DNA from: Nitrospirales bacterium
GTDB lineage: Bacteria > Nitrospirota > Nitrospiria > Nitrospirales > UBA8639
Assembly: GCA_965205795.1 (NCBI GenBank)
Contig: OZ242177.1
Location: 2,440,424 to 2,504,423, forward strand
Length of the DNA stretch: 64,000 nt
Direction of reading: 5' to 3'
Shown here: positions 61,301 through 64,000 of the stretch, in pieces
Position numbering within the stretch: position 1 is the stretch's first letter
How the letters are laid out: every line of letters begins with the position of its first letter
Notes under the pieces: model-generated
Databases searched by the model: none
What the model saw: the letters and a program-made list of their open reading frames with translations, nothing else
Told to the model about the DNA's origin: nothing
Translations under genes and position numbers: made by a program

Positions 61301-64000
61301 CGGCGGTCGAGGGTGATTACCGCTTGAGTGACCCGTCGGTGCTGACCATTGCCGCCGGGGCGACCAGCAGCACCGGAACCGTCACCATCACCGCCGTGAA
61401 TCGCGGCAGCACGATACCCCGGCAGGTGACGGTGTCGGCCGTGGCCGTCAACGCCAACGGCATCATGGGTCCGGACTCCCAAACCCTGAGCATTGCCGCC
61501 GTGGGTGATGGTGATGATGACGGCCTGCGTTTCGCGGACGGGGCGGTGAATCTGTTCTATCCGCTGAACATGCCGATCACCCCCACGACATTGCCGCGGG
61601 AGGCCACCGACGACGCCGGGGCGCTGGCCTACACCCTGAGCCATTTGCACCTGTCCTTGAGCGAGTTGGGGCTGGCCTTTCACCCGGCCACCCGCACCCT
61701 GACCGGCACGCCGATCCTGGCCGGCGCCGGCCATGACGCGGATCAGTTCGGGTTTGAGTTTGGCTATACGGTGACCGACGAGGCCGGGCGCACGGCTGAG
61801 CTGGAAGTGTTCATCACCATCTGCGAAGTGGGTGCGGTGCCGGCCGGCACCACCGAGTGCGCCCCGCCGGCCTATGTGGATCTGGCGTTTACCGCCACCG
61901 TGGAGGCGCAGAGCTATCCGGTCAACACGGCCATCTCCTCGCTGACCCTGCCGGATGCCACCGGCGGCACCGGCGCCAGCCCCCGCCTGACCTATGTCTT
62001 GTCCCCGCTGCCCGCCGGGCTGGCCTTTGACCCGGCCACCCGCATCCTGACCGGCACGCCGACTGACCCCGGCGTCACCGGGCTGACGTATGCCGTCACC
62101 GACGTTGCGAGCGACCAGAGCCTCACGCAGGCCTTTACCGTGACAGTGACCGGGCCGACGCTGGGCAGTCAGCGCGATCTGACCTACCCTGCGTCCATCG
62201 CGATCCCCCCGGTGACCCTGCCCTCGGCCACCGGCGGCGCCGCGCCGCTGACCTACACCCTGACCGGGCCGAACGGCGAGCCGCTGGCGACCGCCGTGCC
62301 CGGGCTGGCCTTTGCCCCGGCCCCGGCCGACCGCATCCTGTCCGGCACGCCGACCGTGGCGGGCCTGACCACGCTGACCTACACGGTCACCGACAGCGCC
62401 ACCCCGCCGGCCACCGACGTCCAGACCTTTACCGTGACGGTGACCGGGGCGACGCTGGCCCAACCGGAAGACATCACCACTCCGCCCGGCACGCCGTTCA
62501 CCAGCAGCCCGTTCCCGGAGCTCCTGAATGCCGCCGGGCCGATCACCTACACCGTGACCCGGTCGAACGGCCTCCTGTTACCCACCGGCCTGACCTTTAC
62601 CCCGACCACTCGCGTGCTGTCCGGCCAGGTGGCCGTGGGCGGTGTGACCATCCCGTTGGAATACAGCGCCACCTTCGGGGGCGGCAATCTCCGGCAGCCG
62701 TTTAACTTGCAGGTGACCGGGCCGAGGTTGCCGGTCGTCGACAACCAGCTCTACGTGGTGAACGTGGCCATTGAACCGCTGACGCTGCCGCTGTCCCCCG
62801 GCGGCGGCACCGGCGCGGTGAGCTACGCCCTGACCGGGATGAACGCCGGGCCGGGCGCCGCCAACCTGCCCGCCGGCCTGACCTATGCGGCGGCCACCCG
62901 CGTGCTGTCCGGCACGCCGACCGAAACCGGCACCACCATTTTGGCCTACACCGCCACCGACTCGGCCACGCCCCCGGCCGTCAGCACGCAGGTCTTTGGC
63001 GTCTCGGTGAACGCCATCCCGCTTGGGGATGGCCCGATTCTGCCGCTGATTATCCCCCGAACCTATACGCTCGACGAGCCGATTCCGCAGACGACGCTGC
63101 CGATGGCCCAGGAGCGGAAAGCCGATGGCACCACTGTTGGGCCGTTGACGTACACCCTGACCGGGCCGGGCGGCGCCGCCCTGCCCGCCGGCCTGACCTT
63201 TACGGCGGCCACCCGCGCACTATTCGGCACCCCGACCGCCCTGGGCGTCACCCCGTTGACCTACACGGTCACCGACCTTGACGATGAGAGCACCACCACG
63301 CGCATCTTCAACGTCGTGGTGATTGAGCCGGTGCCGGGCGGGACGCTGCCCACGCCGGACAATCAGCGCTATGTCCTTGACGAGGCGCTCACGCCTTCCG
63401 TGACCCTGCCGGCCTCTCCGGACTTCGTCGGGACGCCCACCTACACCCTGACCGGGCCGGATGGCGCGTTGCTGGCGACCGCCGTGCCGGGCCTCGTCTT
63501 TACCCCGGCCACCCGTGAGATAGCCGGCACGCCGACCACTCTGGGCGTCACCAGGCTGACCTACACGGTCGCCGACGCCACCAGTGCCACCCGTGTGACC
63601 TTCGACGTGGCGGTCGTCAGAGACGGCCCCCTGACCCTGCCCACCCCGGCGGATCAGCGCTACGAGCCCAACCAGGCGCTCATCCCTCCCGTGACGCTGC
63701 CGGCCGCCACCGACTTCACCGGCGCGACGGTCCGCTACACCCTGGCCGGGACGGACGCCCCCGCCCTGCCCGCCGGCCTGACCTTTAATCCGGTCGACCG
63801 CGTGCTGTCCGGCAGGGCGCCTGACTTCGGCTTCAACTTCGTCAGTACCCTGGCCTACACCGCCACCGACGAGAACGGCTCCGTCACGGTGATGTTTGAC
63901 TTCATCGTCGCCGATGCCGGTGCGCCGGTCGCGACCGCGCCGTCCGCTCAGAGCTATACGGTCGGCCGACCGATCATGCCCCTGACTCTGGAGTCTGGCC
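1..64000 (+). CDS. Internal fragment of a single giant (>21,333 aa) repetitive, acidic, beta-sandwich-domain cell-surface/adhesin-like protein (VCBS + PKD-like + He_PIG + Calx-beta + FN3 + SwmB-like repeats); both gene ends lie outside the window
   Basis: Hand translation of frame +1 at 1-1020, 4321-5700, 11521-12300, 15301-16700, 17581-20460, 31441-32160, 37420-37800, 42061-42480, 49261-49500, 60301-60430 and 63961-63999 shows no stop and continuous domain motifs. The ORF track has no +1-frame entry at all although an in-frame ATG exists at 139-141, which is expected only if no +1 stop follows. Codon position 3 is G/C-rich. Offsets between long repeats (19875, 13020, 12411, 4767, 15795, 21222, 49581) are all multiples of 3. 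Confidence 0.93.
4345..5076 (+). other. Two tandem copies of an unnamed ~120-aa repeat (here called G repeat)
   Basis: First copy: ISSLALTSDAGDGVYAIGDEIEATVTFDAPVIVTGQPRLALGVGPATRRQAV...LAFRYTVRAGDLDEDGVSIGANAL...HRVDGIAP. A diverged second copy follows: ...TATFIDAVTVIGTPQIALTVGPATRQAVY...LVFSYTVVAGDHDADGVDVAPNAL. The same repeat recurs at 14656, 24220 and 35854. Confidence 0.6.
5077..5385 (+). other. SwmB-like repeat (resembles TIGR02059 swm_rep_I / SWM_repeat)
   Basis: DTAVPTVSTATINGRTLTLTYEEALDARSVPAPSAYTLTLASGTAPTVANGGVAISGQTVTLTLSTAVVSTDAGVTLTYTAGPTPLLDLAGNQADDF. The pattern is as I remember it for the Synechococcus SwmB repeat; not checked with an HMM. Confidence 0.5.
5386..5667 (+). 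other. Single He_PIG / dystroglycan-type cadherin-like Ig domain
   Basis: TIAAQTYTVGTDVGTVTLPAATGGNGELAYTLSPALPSGLVYTAAARTISGTPAQGTEQAATPYTYTVRDRDGSSATLGFTLRI matches the LP.ATGG.G.L.Y.L...LP.GL.......SGTP pattern. Confidence 0.78.
5668..11580 (+). repeat. VCBS / PKD-like array (about 12 VCBS and 7 PKD-like domains; run of five consecutive VCBS at ~9050-10690)
   Basis: Representative VCBS 5668-5958 (AVMTGAVTEDDPDATTTSGRLTLPGGFAPQTDAVGAYGTFALAGTGAWTYTLDNNDVDTDALAAGDTMTDVLTAV...VTITVTGADD). Representative PKD-like 6268-6549 (AAAGVDQTVTEGDQVALSGTGTDPDTGDLLTYAWTQTGDTAEPAVALTNANTARATFTAPQLPAPVTLTFVLTVTD). Y.W.Q landmarks lie at 6361, 7015, 7621, 8221, 8864, 10792 and 11401. Confidence 0.85.
11581..11910 (+). 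other. Calx-beta-like domain with GDY motif (here called T domain)
   Basis: PVVTLVLTPPAITQSGGVSTVTARLDQASSAPTTVTVSAAPVSPAVEGDYRLSDPSVLTIAAGATSSTGTVTITAVNRGS...; recurs at 32812, 48608 and 61171. Confidence 0.55.
11911..14655 (+). repeat. Array of 9 tandem He_PIG / dystroglycan-type cadherin-like domains (~95-105 aa each)
   Basis: Nine successive units share the pattern ...Y.....I.P.TLP.A.GG...L.Y.L.GP......LP.GL.F.PATR.LSGTPT..G...LTYTVTD.......F.VTV. Approximate unit starts: 11940, 12240, 12570, 12860, 13140, 13430, 13745, 14055 and 14365. Confidence 0.8.
14656..15051 (+). other. G repeat (unnamed ~125-aa repeat), single copy
   Basis: ITAIALTSDAGDGVYALGDEIEATVTFSEAVIVTGQPRLALIVGTQTRQAVYDSGRSTDTTLVFRYTVAVGDLDDDGVSIGINAL...HTVDGIAP. 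Confidence 0.6.
15052..15348 (+). other. SwmB-like repeat
   Basis: TVSTATINGAALILTYTETLDDTSAPAPADYTLTLESGVAPVVSGVAINGDTVTLTLNTPVVLSDTVMLLTYTVGANPVQDEAGNDAAGF. Confidence 0.5.
15349..16695 (+). other. Three divergent Calx-beta-like domains; block occurs only once in the window (X block)
   Basis: Hand translation of 15301-16700 finds Calx-type motifs: GLDYDV...TLTVRALEDVDGLDETLVFSL (ends ~15810), ...FSVVPDNLDEPEETATVMLL (ends ~16225), and ADSEYAV...LTITANEDDNAIDEVVTLSL (ends ~16690). No counterpart exists at the equivalent position (36550) of the next super-module. Confidence 0.55.
16696..17004 (+). other. Unnamed ~105-aa repeat (here called L repeat)
   Basis: ATLAGTLTEDTLNGATVTVTLNTEYEPETELTDADFTLTTTNVPGTVTVSGVSRDSATEATLTLTYVGEDLTADGTLSVTVLDSGHTGSGDL; recurs at 36550 and 48946. 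Confidence 0.55.
17005..17590 (+). repeat. Single VCBS + PKD-like di-domain
   Basis: VCBS part: DDLTGAVTEGGVAVTTIDTDTGRLFLPGGFVPQAGDTDRANGQGAYGSFTLAAAGTWTYTLNNDDPDTNELAAG...VTITVTGANDAPTANAG. PKD-like part: ...TLDGSGSSDPDTGDAIDTYTWTQPGGTTVTLSDNSAMPTFTAP...LTFSLIVNDG. Confidence 0.85.
17899..18198 (+). other. Fibronectin type III domain
   Basis: PQPGLVQDFTATPRPFGRARVVLNWAAPENAVAAAVTQYELQRRARSATDFVPLETLTVGSTTTQFVLPPGNSARSFEFRIRALAAGVVGEWVSS. Confidence 0.8.
18517..18861 (+). other. Calx-beta domain
   Basis: TAQLSVVAAPVTEGGTATVEVRLDRAVAEGFTVNFATQEGGTATVVDDYTATSGTLTFAGSAGEVQTFTVATVQDEMAESDETVQVSLSGL. Confidence 0.85.
19207..19506 (+). other. Fibronectin type III domain
   Basis: RPQPGRVQTFTADPAARGGRVILRWEAPANAGVAAVTHYELQRRARSATDFEPLETLTSDNTETQFVLPRRTSVTSFEFRIRALAAGVEGEWVSS. 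Confidence 0.8.
19813..20160 (+). other. Calx-beta domain
   Basis: TAQLSVVAAPVAEGGTATVAVRLDRAVAAGFTVNFATQEGGTATVVDDYTATSGTLTFAGSAGEVQTFTVATVQDEIAETAETVQVSLSGL. Confidence 0.85.
20161..20418 (+). other. Single He_PIG / cadherin-like Ig domain
   Basis: TTVAAQTYTVGMDIGSVILPTATGGNGALTYTLAPLPDGLMLTDNMLSGIPVTPQAATNLAYTVTDGDGNTDTIDFTITI. Confidence 0.78.
20419..24219 (+). repeat. VCBS / PKD-like array (paralogue of 560-4344)
   Basis: Starts ITGDTTGMVTEGGVEVETIDTATGRLVNPAGDFVSQAGATDRANGQGAYGRFTLATGGAWTYTLDN. Co-linear with 568-4344 at offsets 19860, 19854 and 19875. Confidence 0.85.
24220..25542 (+). other. G repeat x2 + SwmB-like repeat + He_PIG domain (paralogue of 4345-5667)
   Basis: Same sequence as 4345-5667 shifted by exactly 19875 nt, with a few substitutions (for example ISSLALTSNAGDGVY versus ISSLALTSDAGDGVY). 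Confidence 0.7.
25543..31455 (+). repeat. VCBS / PKD-like array (paralogue of 5668-11580)
   Basis: Offset is exactly 19875 nt. Shadow-ORF translations in the track are identical or nearly identical between the copies. Confidence 0.85.
31456..32811 (+). repeat. Calx-beta x4 cassette (alternating variant/canonical domains, A-B-A-B)
   Basis: Hand translation gives four domains. (a) PVISIAAVTSPVTEGTAATFTLTASSAPVADLTVSVTVTDPGNFIAGP...DTITVEVAPNAGYTVGDPATASVRIDDDDD. (b) VPTLAISSSEPPAVEEGDD...TVTVEYGMSGTATENTDYRVNTGVG..GRLTFAPDTMSRTIEVLVTGDTIDEDDETVIITLS. (c) and (d) repeat the pattern (...GTATTADYTAVSTAGTLTFTPGTLTQTIEVTVTDDSIDETDETVIVTLS). Confidence 0.85.
32812..33150 (+). other. T domain (Calx-beta-like, GDY motif)
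   Basis: PVVTLVLTPATIAQSGGVSTVTARLDQASSASTTVTVSATPVSPAVAGDYNLSDPSMLTIAAGATSSTGLVTITAVNRG. Confidence 0.55.
33151..35853 (+). repeat. He_PIG x9 array, second copy
   Basis: Co-linear with 11911-14655 (offsets 21240 and 21222). For example, shadow ORF 34188..34385 matches 12966..13163. Confidence 0.8.
35854..36549 (+). other. G repeat + SwmB-like repeat
   Basis: G repeat: ITAIALTSDAGDGVYALGDEIEATVTFSEAVIVTGQPRLALIVGTQTRQAVY...HTVDGIVP. SwmB-like repeat: TVSTATINGAALTLTYTEALNNNPLPAPTAYTLTLESG...LTYTVGANPVQDEAGNAAAGF. Confidence 0.55.
36550..36867 (+). other. L repeat
   Basis: AVLTGTLTEDTLNGATVTVTLENTAYVGTPSTADFSLTTDAPGVTVSGVSRDSATAATLTLAYDGTDLTTDGTLSVTVLDSGHTG. Confidence 0.55.
36868..37443 (+). 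repeat. Single VCBS + PKD-like di-domain
   Basis: DDLTGAVTEDDDDANTATGRLFLLGGFEAQTGASDRANGQGAYGRFTLTAAGTWTYTLNNDDPDTNELAAG...GANDAPTANAG...DTYTWTQIGGTTVTLSDNSAMPTFTAP. Confidence 0.85.
37444..37747 (+). other. Fibronectin type III domain
   Basis: RPLPGLVRNFTAAPAARGGRVILRWEAPDNAVVADVTHYELQSKASSATAFEPFETLPVGSTTTQFVLPRRTSVTSFEFRIRALAAGAVGDWVS. Confidence 0.8.
37748..38052 (+). other. Unnamed NWN-type beta-sandwich-like domain
   Basis: LLSVNTLLEIAEGGTATYTVVLQTVPTASVTVVISSDNDDVTATGLTFTVANWNIPQAVIVTAAQDADGSDDVGISLTHVFEGGGYRGVSARVDVNVVDDD. Confidence 0.5.
38053..38310 (+). other. Single He_PIG / cadherin-like Ig domain
   Basis: TTIAAQIYTVGVDIGSVILPTATTGTGALTYTLTPLPAGLTLTDNMLSGRPETMQAATNLTYAVTDSDGNTDTIDFTVTI. 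Confidence 0.78.
38311..47247 (+). repeat. VCBS / PKD-like array (~28 domains) made of two ~4.76-kb higher-order units (i ~38323-43074, ii ~43075-47247)
   Basis: Both units open with ITGDTTGMVTE and are co-linear (offsets 4752-4794 between shadow ORFs, for example 40587..40925 versus 45378..45716). Confidence 0.85.
47248..48607 (+). repeat. Calx-beta x4 cassette, second copy
   Basis: Near-identical to 31456-32811 (offset 15795-15798). It starts with the same CTGCCGGTCATCTCCATC. Confidence 0.85.
48608..48945 (+). other. T domain (Calx-beta-like, GDY motif)
   Basis: PVVTLVLTPATIAQSGGVSTVTARLDQASSAPTTVTVSATPVSPAVAGDYNLSDPSMLTIAAGATSSTGLVTVTAVNRG. Confidence 0.55.
48946..49260 (+). other. L repeat (joined directly to the T domain; no He_PIG array here)
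   Basis: AVLVGTLTEATLNGATVTVTLENTAYVGSLSTDNFTLTPQNVPGVLRVNTVSLDSNTEATLTLAYDGTDLTANGTLSVTVLDSGHTGSGDL. Confidence 0.55.
49261..49854 (+). repeat. Single VCBS + PKD-like di-domain
   Basis: TDGITGATTGTVTEDDPLAATANGQLTLAGDFVAQTDATATTGTYGTFDLTAAGAWTYMLNNDDPETNALAGG...GANDAPTANAG...ATYAWTQRAGPEVTLSATNVARPTFTAP. Confidence 0.85.
49855..50158 (+). other. Fibronectin type III domain
   Basis: Same as 37444-37747 shifted by 12411 nt. Confidence 0.8.
50159..50463 (+). other. Unnamed NWN-type domain
   Basis: Same as 37748-38052 shifted by 12411 nt, with a few substitutions. Confidence 0.5.
50464..50721 (+). other. Single He_PIG / cadherin-like Ig domain
   Basis: ATIDAQIYTVGMDIGSVILPTATTGTGALTYTLTPLPAGLTLTDNMLSGIPETMQATTNLTYTVTDSDGNTDTIGFTVTI. 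Confidence 0.78.
51061..55484 (+). repeat. Tandem near-identical repeat, copy iii (period 4767-4770 nt)
   Basis: 51753..52043 = 56520..56810, 52046..52249 = 56813..57016 and 52140..52376 = 56907..57143 (identical shadow-ORF translations). Confidence 0.9.
55825..60254 (+). repeat. Tandem near-identical repeat, copy iv
   Basis: See copy iii. Matching ends where copy iii continues GTDDPPTISG (VCBS) and copy iv continues GANDAPTADAG (PKD-like). Confidence 0.9.
61171..61500 (+). other. T domain (Calx-beta-like, GDY motif)
   Basis: PVVTLVLTPPAITQSGGVSTVTARLDQASSAPTTVTVSAAPVSPAVEGDYRLSDPSVLTIAAGATSSTGTVTITAVNRGS; offset 49590 from 11581. Confidence 0.55.
61501..64000 (+). repeat. He_PIG array, third copy (8 domains plus the start of the 9th; cut by window end)
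   Basis: Co-linear with 11911-14410 (offsets 49590 and 49581). The last codons, VGRPIMPLTLESG, match YTVGRLITPLTLESGP at 14404-14451. Confidence 0.8.

Noticed and set aside
529-62463. Very long minus-strand ORFs in the track (529..5028 1499 aa, 7705..12060 1451 aa, 19513..22131, 27580..31098, 37753..40572, 43036..45588, 51295..53616, 56062..58608, 60445..62463, and many short ones).
   Set aside because: Their translations are low-complexity Gly/Arg/Asp/Val/Ala strings with no recognisable motifs. They lie antisense to a frame that gives clean domain motifs throughout. In a gene with G/C-rich third positions, antisense frames are naturally poor in the AT-rich stop codons. Their repetition simply mirrors the sense-strand repeats.
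1-64000. Possibility that the window holds several adjacent adhesin genes rather than one.
   Set aside because: No +1 stop codon was seen in any region I translated, including all module junctions. The track reports no +1 ORF even though an in-frame ATG exists at 139. No intergenic or RBS-like spacer was seen.
1-64000. CRISPR array or non-coding satellite as an explanation for the periodic repeats.
   Set aside because: The repeat units are 0.3-20 kb, in frame and coding, with no short conserved repeat / unique spacer alternation.
1-64000. NRPS/PKS megasynthase as an explanation for a >60-kb ORF.
   Set aside because: No adenylation, condensation, thiolation, KS or AT core motifs were seen. 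All translated segments are ~100-aa beta-sandwich adhesin-type repeats.
1-64000. tRNA, rRNA, ncRNA, promoters and terminators.
   Set aside because: I recognised no rRNA- or tRNA-like sequence or terminator-like hairpin with a T-tract. The whole window is coding in one frame, so no intergenic space exists to host them.

Overview
The entire 64,000-nt window is an internal piece of one gigantic plus-strand gene. Reading frame +1 (codon 1 = nt 1-3) stays open from the first to the last base: 21,333 complete codons, with neither the start nor the stop codon inside the window. Wherever I translated it by hand it gives tandem ~90-125-aa beta-sandwich modules typical of giant bacterial cell-surface or adhesion proteins. 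These are VCBS (TIGR01965-type, bacterial-cadherin-like) repeats alternating with PKD-like Ig domains (about two thirds of the window), He_PIG/dystroglycan-type cadherin-like domains, Calx-beta domains, FN3 domains, SwmB-like (swm_rep_I-like) repeats and several unnamed repeats. That is roughly 200 domains, estimated from window length over domain size. In the parts I translated, the polypeptide is acidic, rich in Thr/Ala/Gly/Val/Asp and almost devoid of Lys and Cys. The DNA is high-GC (hand counts of single 60-nt lines give 62-73 %) except for the FN3-containing cassettes (~52 %). The gene is hierarchically repetitive: ~0.3-kb domains, ~0.6-kb VCBS+PKD di-domains, 1.3-kb and 4.77-kb higher-order units, and four 12-20-kb super-modules that follow one module grammar. 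This includes a ~10.3-kb in-frame duplication (offset 19,875 nt, roughly 95-99 % identical). Optional cassettes (Calx-beta x4; He_PIG x9 plus two more domains) are present or absent at the same linker junctions in different super-modules. I cannot support any RNA gene, mobile element, CRISPR array, promoter or terminator. Every ORF in the supplied track is on the minus strand or in frame +2/+3, and I interpret all of them as shadow ORFs of the +1 gene. Domain-block coordinates are hand-derived and good to roughly +/-15 nt. Family names are motif-based recognitions from memory, not database hits.
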